From the NCBI GenBank assembly GCA_000004985.1, contig GG738847.1: DNA of 64,000 bases; one strand, given 5' to 3'. The position numbers were made by a program, and so were the translations under genes. The notes under the pieces are model-generated. The model was given only the letters and a program-made list of their open reading frames with translations. It ran no database searches and had not been told where the DNA came from. This DNA is from Naegleria gruberi. Lineage: Eukaryota. Positions 24,605 to 34,606 of this stretch are shown here, one piece after another (positions within the stretch are counted from its first letter, which is position 1; the number at the start of each line of letters is the position of its first letter).

Positions 24605-25460
24605 CTATGAATTAGCAAATAAATCAATTAGATTGTGGAATGGCTTTACAATTTTAAATGAAGAGAATACACCAAGAAGAACTCCCATCACAACAATAAC
24701 AATAGATGATGCCAGAGCTGCAATGATAGCAATAATCATGGTTCCTAGATAGTTCCATTGAGGAACTGAAAATACAAATAACCTGTCAAGAAGCAGTGTC
24801 ATTGGGAAAATAAGGAATCATCATACTTACCAATTTACATTAGCAGAATTACATAACCTGTACATTAAAAAATCTGTCCCCGAAAGATAAAAACTTGAAT
24901 GAATCGCAGCTAAGTGAGTCCAACTTGCTTTGATACCTCGTATATATAAAGTTACCAACAGTTTCTACTTCTAAAACACCAAAATTTGTTGCCTTCTTAC
25001 GCTCTTGATTTCCCTTATCATCCCACTTGGCTACAGGAACTTCAGGATAACTAGAGGCCACGATAAACTCAGTTTCAATTTCAATGACAAAGGCAAGTGA
25101 ACCAGTTATTTAACTTGTGATTTCCTTCAGATAGCTACTAATTGTAGCCACAGAAATATCAAAACCAAAATACCAATCAAAGTTGAATCCTGTGGCCGTT
25201 TGATTTCTAGATGGTCTTGAATTGACCAAACTCATAAAGGTAATGGAAGGAAGTGTTGGGTCAGTGTAGGAGAGCGTAAAAGTTGGTTTGTTCACTTGGT
25301 CCGATGCCACTCCTAGAATGTAACTCATATCAAATGGTGGTAACTGTACATCTGGTTCCCTAGATTGTGTATGACAATATTCATACAATGTCATATTATC
25401 ACAATAGGTCCAAAACTGACCTGTTGAATTCACAAACAATATGCTTGGAATTCTCACCAT
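24605..25460 (-). CDS. Hypothetical type-I membrane glycoprotein with a C-terminal TM (MIIAIIAALASSIVIVVMGVLLGVF). Three ORF pieces; pieces 1 and 2 share a frame and are separated only by TAA 25110-25112. The junction between pieces 2 and 3 is unresolved.
   Basis: ORF 25110..25460 and ORF 24849..25061 are in the same frame, and 16 sense codons (ITGSLAFVIEIETEFI) lie between the TAA and the next ORF. The C-terminal TM ORF 24605..24802 is in the +1 frame. A GTAAGT lies at ~24818. Confidence 0.35.
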
Positions 25461-26170
25461 TCATCATCTTTCCCTTATTTCCTTCGTATGGATCTCCAAC
25501 ATACGAATCTATCATTAAAGTGGAGAGGAATTGGTATTAAGATTTGAAAATCTTGTAGGTGATCAGGTTAATCCAATCAGTGTTCGCATAATCCAAGTCC
25601 CACTAAAAGTTTACATCCTTTTAAATCATACTTGGGTTTTCGGGAGATTTTACCAACATTCAATATAAAATAAAAAATAAATACAGACACTTAGATTTGA
25701 GAATCCAAATTATATATTTTATCTTGAGATAATCTCTTATTTGTTATTCCAAGAGATGATCCTCGCCAAAAACTACACATTAATATTGCGAGTCCCAAAG
25801 CATGACATTTGACAGTTGCTGAGGGATGTGTTTGACTTGTATACGTGAACATCATTCTATATTACCTTATAATATCGTTGGTTCATGTATTGCTCTCTTT
25901 ATCACTAAATAAAAAGTTGAATGATGTATAGACAACTTTCGTGTAAAAACTTGTTCTCCAGACATGCTCATCTCCTAAATGAAAAGATAAAAATCTTTGA
26001 ACAAAGTGCGCCAGGTTTCGAGATGAAAAAGTTGTCAATATTTCATTATTCTGTTATCTCTAATGATGGCAGGTTTTGGGATAACAATTTCAAGGATTAG
26101 GAAATTGAGTGTGTTTGCATAGAATCACAATACATCAACAAGCAAAGTTCTTTTAGTTGCAGCAAACATT

Positions 26171-28288
26171 TTAATTCAATTTTCTTACAATTAAGGGCCA
26201 ACCAACTTGTATCACTGCATACTTATGAATGCTTTTTGATTTGTCAGCATCATTTTCATATTGAGCATATTGTTTGACTTGAGAAATTGCAGAATTCAAA
26301 ATTGATCTGGCTACAACTTTCTCTTTGGCATGAGTAAGTACTTCCATTTCTAATAATTCTTCATCAGTTTGTTTAGATAAATCTTTAAATATATTTTTAA
26401 AAATTTGCGGATTCCAATATTCAATATTGGAATATTTTGTTAAAGAATTTGGTCTAATACGTTTGAATTCAATTATTAATACTTTTTTAGAAGTTCTTAT
26501 CACAAGATCAGCACGTTTGATGTATTCCTTATTGTTAGAATTCTTTACATGATATTCCTTTTCAGCTTGAATTTTCAATTCTTTGTTTCTAAATAAACAA
26601 TATGCTCTTAATGCAGATTCAATACTTGCTTGTAAACCTCCTTCAGACATTGAATTGTCATAAATAGTTTCTTGTTTTTCTAAAATATTATTGAGTAACA
26701 TTCTCAAATTATCTTGGGTAGGTTCATTAATAAAAGTTGATACATCATTTTCATGTAGAGATATAAGTCTACGTAACTGCTCTAAATATTGGACTTTTGC
26801 AATTTCATTTGGAATTAACAATTGTTTTGGGTTCATCTGTTTTGATGATTCTTTTGTGAAGGTAACCATACCGTGATAATACATGAATGATAAAGCATTA
26901 TCACGAATCTTTTGTATATCTTCTTCATTGGATGGTGGATCAATAATCTCTCTTAATTTCAGTGAAGGATAAATTGACTCTGTTACTTCTACATAATCTT
27001 TTGAAAGTAATTGTTGAATAATATCATTCGATACAACTGATGATGCCAAAGTTGCAAAAACGTTCTCACTGATCATTGTGTTGGTATCTGTTAATATTGA
27101 TAATGGAATTTCTTGTTTTTGTAGAACAGCATTTCTGAAAGGTTCATCTTTTACAAGTTTGTTCAAAAAGAACATTGAAAGAGTTGTGTTGAATAGAGCA
27201 TGTTTTGAACCAGGAAAATGATAACCTTTATAATACTTTTTCATGGTTGAAATGGTAATATCTTGATCATTTCCAATAATATCAATGTTATTTAATGCCA
27301 TTCTCAGATCATTTTCTGTAAAACCAACCAAACCACCAAATATCTTATCAAAGGAAATATTACTGGAAACATTATATCCAGATGCATCTGCAAGAGCAAT
27401 AGGAGTGATACCAGTGATGATACTACGAAAATCTTGTAAACCAACACCGGAAGACTCTTTCAATCTTTCAAAGAAAGAACGAATTGGTGAAGATGTTGGA
27501 TCTCCTCTCTTTCCTTCAACTATTAATTGATATTTTTCAGGATTTTCAAACATTAATTTGTTTGCAAATCTATCATATTCATCAATTAATATCATTAATT
27601 TGGCTCCTTTTTCTATTAATATAGCCACCAGAGTTGCTAAAGTATCGAACGAATTTTTGTGATTAATATCCATCTCTTTAGTTAATTCATAGTAACGTAA
27701 AAAACCATAAATGGATGTGTTTACTTTCTCATGAAGCCGTTGATTAATATCTTCCGTTGTACCATCAACTTGAATAGAAAAATCTAACTTTAAAACATGA
27801 TATTGATTCTTTCCAGGTGTCCAATTATTTTCATCACCAATCCATAAACCAGAAAATAATTCATCAAATTCATCTTTCTTGTTAATATCATAATATGATG
27901 AAAGCATTGATAATAATAGTGATTTTCCCCATCTCGGAGGACGAACAAAAAATAATTGTTTTCCACTTTCTTCTAATAGAGGAATTAAATTAGTTTTATC
28001 AACATAAAATTGTTTACTTCTTCTGATGGAAGCAAAATCTGATTCACCATATGGAAAATATGGCACCAACAAATTTCCGTCACCAATATTTTTAAATTTA
28101 ATATTTTCAACATTATTTGTTGTTGGTTTTAATGTATTTGAATAGTTTTTAGTTTGATTCACTCTATTAATTGTAAACTTGTTAATATCATTAGTTAAAT
28201 TATTAATTTTTAATATTGATCTATTGATTTTGGGTGATGCAGTAAATAACTGCAATCTATTGATTTTACGAAGGAAGGTATGTTTCAT
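26171..28288 (-). CDS. Intronless 705-aa protein with an N-terminal 'predicted AAA-ATPase' domain (PF09820-like, Walker A RPPRWGKSLLLSML) and a C-terminal PD-(D/E)XK nuclease-like domain (PF08011-like); a bacterial-type architecture
   Basis: P-loop FFVRPPRWGKSLLLSMLSSYYD, then Walker-B-like LMILIDEYD. The C-terminal …RADLVIRTSKKVLIIEFKRI… motif is D-x-(I/V)-E-x-K-like. The gene is flanked by ~0.7 and ~1.3 kb of non-coding DNA and has no introns. Confidence 0.65.
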   Translation of the reverse strand: MKHTFLRKINRLQLFTASPKINRSILKINNLTNDINKFTINRVNQTKNYSNTLKPTTNNVENIKFKNIGDGNLLVPYFPYGESDFASIRRSKQFYVDKTNLIPLLEESGKQLFFVRPPRWGKSLLLSMLSSYYDINKKDEFDELFSGLWIGDENNWTPGKNQYHVLKLDFSIQVDGTTEDINQRLHEKVNTSIYGFLRYYELTKEMDINHKNSFDTLATLVAILIEKGAKLMILIDEYDRFANKLMFENPEKYQLIVEGKRGDPTSSPIRSFFERLKESSGVGLQDFRSIITGITPIALADASGYNVSSNISFDKIFGGLVGFTENDLRMALNNIDIIGNDQDITISTMKKYYKGYHFPGSKHALFNTTLSMFFLNKLVKDEPFRNAVLQKQEIPLSILTDTNTMISENVFATLASSVVSNDIIQQLLSKDYVEVTESIYPSLKLREIIDPPSNEEDIQKIRDNALSFMYYHGMVTFTKESSKQMNPKQLLIPNEIAKVQYLEQLRRLISLHENDVSTFINEPTQDNLRMLLNNILEKQETIYDNSMSEGGLQASIESALRAYCLFRNKELKIQAEKEYHVKNSNNKEYIKRADLVIRTSKKVLIIEFKRIRPNSLTKYSNIEYWNPQIFKNIFKDLSKQTDEELLEMEVLTHAKEKVVARSILNSAISQVKQYAQYENDADKSKSIHKYAVIQVGWPLIVRKLN

Positions 28289-29631
28289 ATTTTTGATGAT
28301 TTTTTTTTTAAGCTATTTGATGGCACCGTTGTGATGATTGATGATTGTGATGGTGTGGAAGAGGAAATCCTACAAAGTTACATTGTTGGTTGGGTTCTAA
28401 TGTTTTGCTTGTGATTCTGAAATTGTCTCATTGCCGGTTTTGAGATGAGTAATGTTTGGTAACGTAATTGTGTTTGGACTTCAAGAAGATAAACAACCAG
28501 GTATGAAAGTAAACTTATCTCTGTAAATTTAAGGTAACAAATGATCATTTGATAATGTGAACTTGGACATCTTCATTTCTTAAATCAAGAATGTAGTTTT
28601 AAAGTATGACAACCACAGAAAACTAATTTTTGCTCTAGTGCCATATTGTTATTGGTTACCATAAACAACCACTCATGGTTTCATGCTTGTTTGTTTAGTT
28701 AGTTGGAAGTTCATGCAGTGATTGAACATTAATGGCATGGTGAGGGTTGTTAACCACACTTTTATGTATAGTTCCCAAAACTTCCATCATATTGACATTA
28801 TCCAATGGACCAATGTGTAATAGGAGGAAGCTTGCTAGTTAATTCAAATGGTTTATTTAAATTTAAGACTTGAAATAAATCTATCCCTCACATAACTTCG
28901 GCAGAAATCTTGTCTGACTCATCAGAACATCCTAATTCAGGAACTTCGCTTACATCCTCATCAAAAGACGTATCCATGATGTCAAAATCCTGAAGTGAAA
29001 TAAATCTCAATGAATCTAGATTTTTCAAAAATTAATGGGAGACGCAACTCAAGACGCAGTCTGACTAGGCTCCAGCGTGTTGTTTTATTAAAGTCCTACA
29101 GATATTAAATCAACAATGGAATCTCTCAAGTTATTCTCAGAACTTGTAAATAGAAATGCTTTGGGATCCCATTCTTTTTGATCTTCACACTAAAAAATTA
29201 GTAATGGAAGAGAAACTCAAATTGTATGAGATTCAAATATCTACCAAATGCCAGTGCAAAGAAAATAATTGAGGAAATATAAATCACCACTACATTTCGC
29301 AAAATTAGTAAAATTGAAAAGAATGTTGTTTTATCAAATATTAAAGATTGTTCATGTAAAATTTACATTCATATCATTGTCCATTCACAATCGCCATGGA
29401 AACAATGTGGACAACTATCATTTTTGACACAAGAGACTTCAGTCCATCCTTCTTCACACATGCAAGTCGATTGTTCCGTTAAAACAAGTTTCTTTCATTG
29501 TTCAACATGATAACAGTTCTTGTTGTACAGTCAAAAACAAGATACTCAACCATAATTTGATGTCAATTAACATTGACCTTGCAAGGCCAATTGAAAAGTC
29601 TTGATATGGAAAACATCAAGTGAATCCTACT

Positions 29632-30729
29632 CTACCACCATTTTTTCTTTCTCTGTTTCTTGATCAATGCCTTGGTTGACTTTGAATCTAGCTCCACAAC
29701 TTGATGTAATAATTTCAAATCGTTTTCATTTGAAAATCGTACCATTCGCTCACTTTCTTCAAATAATAAATTAACACATTCTCCACTTTTTGCACTCGTT
29801 ACAATAATTTTAGTATTTAACAAATGATAGGCCTCAATTAGTGACTCAATCACCTTTCTAAATTCTTCAATTTTCCTCATTCTTTCCTTGTAATCTTGCA
29901 ATAAATCAACCTTATTGAGTACAAATATTATTGGTATGTCATTGATTGATTGATAATTGGAACCAATTGAGTTCAAGAAAGATACACATTCTTCTACTGT
30001 TTTTATATTTTCTAAAGAGGAAACCAAAATGAAGCAATCAGTATTTCTATGATGATACTGACCTCTCAGTGGTCTGAATTCTTCCTGTCCAGCTGTCAAT
30101 TGTCGTGAAATATTTCTTTTTTTGAATTAATTGCTTACCTGTATCGAGAATATCAAATAAAATTGGAATTCCATCAACATTATATTGTTTAGAATAATTA
30201 TCTTCTATCGTTGGATCATTATTCTCAAATGCATAATTATTTGTCACAAATCGAAGTGTCAAAGATGATTTTCCTTCATTATTTTGTAAAATTTCAAACA
30301 CAGAAATATTTCATACTCACCAACATACTCCAATCCATTCAATGTCACATTCAAAGTTTTAATTTCCTTCTTATTTTTTGGAATTATTGAGATTCGGTTC
30401 AAATATCTGATTAATAAAATCTTTCGTTTCAATTCATTCTTTTCAATCATTTTAATTTTTAATTCATCAAATTGATTCAAATAAATTTGGCGAATATTAA
30501 ATTCAGTGATGAATAATTTCCAATAATAATTGTTGAAATAATTTTTCATTTCTTCCATTTCGTTTAATTTGTTAGAAAGTGAGTTGAATTTGCAAATATT
30601 GTACAGAGATAGCTTTCTAATATTCGAATCTAAACTATCCAAATGATCGGAATCAACAACCAAGAATGATAAGATGAGAAAAAGCAACTCTTGTGGAAGT
30701 TGTGAAAACTTGGTTTTGTGTGGGCGCAT
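29632..30729 (-). CDS. F-box domain fused to a Ras-like small GTPase, 3 exons: complement(join(29632..30092,30139..30273,30321..30729))
   Basis: Exon 1 carries the F-box LPQELLFLILSFL. Splicing with GTGAGT…AAG (47 nt) and GTAAGC…GACAG (46 nt) introns gives …NGLEYVGKSSLTLRFVTNNYAFENNDPTIEDNYSKQYNVDGIPILFDILDTAGQEEFRPLRGQY…CFILVSSL…IIFVLNKVDL…TSAKSG. These are the GTPase motifs G1 GxxxxGKS, G2 T, G3 DTAGQE, G4 NKxD and G5 SAK. Confidence 0.75.
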
Positions 30730-30810
30730 TTTTTATTGTAAAAAATTACATAAGTTAAATTAAAATCAAAAAGGAAATATTTTGAGTTTAAAGAGGTTAA
30801 GGAAAAGGTT

Positions 30811-30883
30811 ACAGCGAGCGGGGCTTGAACCCGCGACCTTAAGCGTGTTAGGCTTACGATCTAACCAACTGATCTATCGCTGC
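30811..30883 (-). tRNA. tRNA-Val (anticodon AAC)
   Basis: The minus-strand sequence GCAGCGATAGATCAGTTGGTTAGATCGTAAGCCTAACACGCTTAAGGTCGCGGGTTCAAGCCCCGCTCGCTGT folds into a canonical cloverleaf. It has a 7-bp acceptor stem, D-arm GATC/GATC, anticodon loop CTAACAC and T-arm GCGGG-TTCAAGC-CCCGC. Confidence 0.85.
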
Positions 30884-30995
30884 TTGCATTAACTGTTAAA
30901 CGCGTGTTTATTTTAATTTTTGTTGGTACCAATAAACAGCTTAGAGTCAACCAAAATATGAATAAGAGTTCATTACTTGATCAACCAAAAAAAAA

Positions 30996-32360
30996 ATGCC
31001 ACAAACAATTTATTATAGAGGCAACACGCAACTCATGGAGATCATGACGAAGGCTCTATCCTCCGAAGATAAACAAATCATAGAGAAATCACCAAACAAA
31101 TCTTCAAAAAAGAAGAGAAAACTTGAAAAGACAATCAAGACAAATGTTCCTTTTCGTTCCGATCAATTCTACAAAATTCCATTATGTATTCAGGGAAGTT
31201 TTTCCAAGAAATTGGGAATTTTAAATACGGAATTGCAATTGATGAGATCGTGTAAGGATAGCATTATTTTCTTATTGTGGAATGATGATATTTATTTTCC
31301 AAGTCAGACGTTGGTAATTGTTGGATCATTGGCAAGATCAATTCAATCGAAAACAAAGGATCCGATGAGTAGAGATGGGTTTTGTGTTTTGGAGTTAACA
31401 GAAGAGGGATTATTGGACGGATTTGTAATTAATATTGAAATGGGAGACGGATTTTTACTGATTCAAACTCGTGAGCATTCATTATATGGATTGGGAGATA
31501 ATACTGTCTGTCAGCTGGGAATAGTTTCAAAAAATCAGAATTTCTATCATGAAATTACTGATATACCCTTTGAACATGGACAATTGGATTTTATCAAATG
31601 TGGACTAACATATAGTATTGCATTTACTAAATCTAAAGAAATTTATATTACTGGAGAGTATGAATATGTTGGTCGCCACTCTCCTTGGACTCCGTTTTTA
31701 GAATTTGCTAATATTGGAGACAAATCTTGTACAATTACCGATTGCCAACCAGGGCATCTCTCAATGTATTGTCTAGTCAAACCAATAAGTGATGTTTATG
31801 TTCATAATTCATATGTCTTTGATTGGTATTTGGGATCCATTAGAAGATCTGGTTATTTTCAAAAGCTGAAAGACATGCTCCAACAAGGATTAACAATTCA
31901 ACGAATAGAATCATGTAGTGAATCATTTGTATTGCAATTTGATGACAATGAATGGTACTGGGCGCATTTCTATTTGACAGTACACGGCTCTTATCGAGAA
32001 AGCTTTTCTCCCATCAGGATGTACCTTCCACTTTCTGATGTCTATCAATATGAAATTCAGAATGTTTGTGGAAACAAGTCAGAATCTTCATTCCTTGTAG
32101 TTTGTAAAATAATTTCTGCAGATAATAATTATAATGTGGCTATGGAACCTTACATGATGTTCCTAGTTGACCCAATGAAGAATAAGACAGAAAAGATAGA
32201 ATGTCCTTTTTATGGAAAATCTCAGTGGTCGATCAATAACGTACAACTCACCCAATTCTTTTCCATATTGGTTGTAAATGAAGAGCCAAGTGAGTGGTTT
32301 ATGAAACGACTAATTTCATGTGAAAAGTGGAGAGATATCACCATTTTCACAAATGATTAA
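30996..32360 (+). CDS. Hypothetical 454-aa protein with a basic N-terminus and possible RCC1-like beta-propeller blades (LYGLGDNTVCQLG)
   Basis: ATG at 30996; a single uninterrupted ORF. Only weak repeat-like motifs are present. Confidence 0.4.
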   Translation: MPQTIYYRGNTQLMEIMTKALSSEDKQIIEKSPNKSSKKKRKLEKTIKTNVPFRSDQFYKIPLCIQGSFSKKLGILNTELQLMRSCKDSIIFLLWNDDIYFPSQTLVIVGSLARSIQSKTKDPMSRDGFCVLELTEEGLLDGFVINIEMGDGFLLIQTREHSLYGLGDNTVCQLGIVSKNQNFYHEITDIPFEHGQLDFIKCGLTYSIAFTKSKEIYITGEYEYVGRHSPWTPFLEFANIGDKSCTITDCQPGHLSMYCLVKPISDVYVHNSYVFDWYLGSIRRSGYFQKLKDMLQQGLTIQRIESCSESFVLQFDDNEWYWAHFYLTVHGSYRESFSPIRMYLPLSDVYQYEIQNVCGNKSESSFLVVCKIISADNNYNVAMEPYMMFLVDPMKNKTEKIECPFYGKSQWSINNVQLTQFFSILVVNEEPSEWFMKRLISCEKWRDITIFTND

Positions 32361-32394
32361 AGTTAATGTCCATGTTTTATTTTCCTTTTGAACC

Positions 32395-34014
32395 TTATCT
32401 TCTCAATCTAAAGTCCTTAGTTGTGGATTCTTTTGTGAGAGAAACAGAAGCTTTCAAAGGAGAATAACCCTTAGCTGTAATTGTCAATTCATAAGTCTTG
32501 TTTAAGGCCAAGAATAAGTAATAACTTCCAAAGTAATTAGTCTTTCTACTTTCGCCAGCTTTCCAAACAATTCCAGAAACCTCAATCAATGCATTTTCGA
32601 TAGGTTTACCAGATTTTTCATCATAGATATGGCCACGAAGAGGTATTGGTTTGTAAGCAAAGTGTTCAAAGAGAGAAACCAATTGAACTGCCTCACTAAC
32701 AGTTTCATTGAGAGGTGGTTGATGAGAATGCATAATTTCTACAAGGAATGAATAGGAAGTATATTCCTTAATTTGATGTTCCTGGTGTTCACCATCTGAG
32801 GATGGTACTCTAAGAGCATAACCAACCTTAGTGGCCAATTCTTGTCCCAAACTTTTAATGTAATCTTGTTGGGCATTGTTTGTACAGGTATATCCTGTAA
32901 GAACTTGTCTACCAGAACTGTGGAAATCCAATACTTTGGCAACTCCTCCAATTCTCTTAGTGAAATCTCTGATGGCAGATGTTTCAATTTCAGAGAATGC
33001 GTTCTTGCCCTTATAAGTGTCCATGTTAGGACTTCCATTTCCTGCACAACTATTAAAACCTAAATCATAATTTCTATTCAAATCAATTCCAAAAACAGTT
33101 GTTCCATTGACAACACCAGCAACATTTCTGTTCTTTCTCCAGAAATTATTTGTTGTAAATACATATTCATAACCATCAACATTAACAACTGGAATGAAAT
33201 AGAATTGATTAAATTCCAATAAATCTTCCCAATTTGGATCCGATAACAATTTTTCAATCATAGCAATATTAGTAATAACAGTGTTAATTTCTCTTGAGTG
33301 ATGAGCAGATACAACAAGAATATTTGGAACATCTCTATTCTTTTCTACATTTTTAGAAATTTTAACACCAAAAATGTGACGATTTTCAAAAGTTGGTTTG
33401 GTTGTAATTTGAATCTTTTTAACCTTTCCTGGATATCTCTTTTCAAGTCCACTCAAATAATTATTAACTTGATTTAAATTTGGATATCCTTCAGGAACTC
33501 TATCAAATCCACTATAAACCTTCAAAACATCCCTTTTCAATTCTGGATCCATCTTTGCAAGAGTAATTGTAGATTTTTGCATAATATCAGCTTCATCACC
33601 ATCCTCCCCCTGTTGATTATCACTCAATACACTCTCACTCATACTTCTTGAATTAGAATAAACAACTTTACAATTATCCTTATAATAAGCCAACAATTGT
33701 TTCAATTCCTCATCTCCAATATATAAATAAACATTTGTTCTCGTTGCAGAGATTACATTAAATCCACATTTCATAAAACGATCTCCAACTCCACTCAATT
33801 CCTGCTCACTAAACAAACCTGTCAAGGAAATTTGCACAATATATTGGAAATTATTACTTGATCCAACACTGACAGGAATTTTGTCATCGCAATATACTCT
33901 ATCAACAGTACATGCGATGAATAAAAACATGACAATGAAAAATAGGCTCATCCACCTCTTCGAAGAAGATGTTTTGTTTCCTCGTTGCGCCACCATCATC
34001 ATCGTTGTGTTCAA
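32395..34014 (-). CDS. Zinc carboxypeptidase, M14 family (carboxypeptidase A/B-like). N-terminal signal anchor, a long pro-region, and a C-terminal carboxypeptidase-regulatory-like (CarboxypepD_reg) beta-sandwich.
   Basis: M14 motifs are present: HSREINT (HxxE zinc ligands), NVDGYEY, NNFWRKNRN, GIDLNRNYD and HSSGRQVLTGY. The C-terminus RGHIYDEKSGKPIENALIEVSG…YELTITAKGYSP is the regulatory-domain signature. The N-terminus reads MSLFFIVMFLFIACTVDRV. Confidence 0.8.
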   Translation of the reverse strand: MNTTMMMVAQRGNKTSSSKRWMSLFFIVMFLFIACTVDRVYCDDKIPVSVGSSNNFQYIVQISLTGLFSEQELSGVGDRFMKCGFNVISATRTNVYLYIGDEELKQLLAYYKDNCKVVYSNSRSMSESVLSDNQQGEDGDEADIMQKSTITLAKMDPELKRDVLKVYSGFDRVPEGYPNLNQVNNYLSGLEKRYPGKVKKIQITTKPTFENRHIFGVKISKNVEKNRDVPNILVVSAHHSREINTVITNIAMIEKLLSDPNWEDLLEFNQFYFIPVVNVDGYEYVFTTNNFWRKNRNVAGVVNGTTVFGIDLNRNYDLGFNSCAGNGSPNMDTYKGKNAFSEIETSAIRDFTKRIGGVAKVLDFHSSGRQVLTGYTCTNNAQQDYIKSLGQELATKVGYALRVPSSDGEHQEHQIKEYTSYSFLVEIMHSHQPPLNETVSEAVQLVSLFEHFAYKPIPLRGHIYDEKSGKPIENALIEVSGIVWKAGESRKTNYFGSYYLFLALNKTYELTITAKGYSPLKASVSLTKESTTKDFRLRR

Positions 34015-34606
34015 CCAGCTGTAGCAAACGGTCCAGTACAGTCAGCGTGCTATTTTTTTTTAAAGATGTTTTTGTTCTTGTTCGGTTATGATAATCATTT
34101 CTATTGTAACATTTTTTGTTTTGAAAATTTGGTTTGTAATCAGATGTGATATTTTGTTGGATGGTTCAGTTTCAAACTTTGTTATTTGAAGGAAGAATTG
34201 TGAAGAAGATTACTTGTTGGAAGGTTGATTGTAAAGGTGATGAGGGTTGCAAAGAAGTTTTTGGTAAGAGTTGTATAATTAATTAAGGATGATGAATATT
34301 AAGCCATGTATTCATTTAAATTCATTATCAAGCAGACGAAGATAACATGGGATTACAATAGGCGTTTTCTGCATCTTTCTGGAAATGGTAACAAGTGCCG
34401 CTTGGTTCAAAAAAATGACCGTTACACATTTTAAATTGCAAGTCGTTACAAATTTAAATTACCACCGTTGACACCTAACCAATACAGCAAACAACATCAT
34501 TCAACAACCATACTACCAGTTGTACAACTCTCACAACAAACCAACATCAATCCACTCACTCCCTTCTCTCTATCATTTTGAGTGATTTGCAAGTGTTGAT
34601 CAATTT

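Noticed and set aside
28880-29010. A short acidic minus-strand ORF (MDTSFDEDVSEVPELGCSDESDKISAEVM) with an internal GTAAGC, possibly a small exon
   Set aside because: It is only 29 codons, has no partner exon with compatible phase nearby, and lies in a long intergenic stretch. Coding potential cannot be supported from sequence alone.
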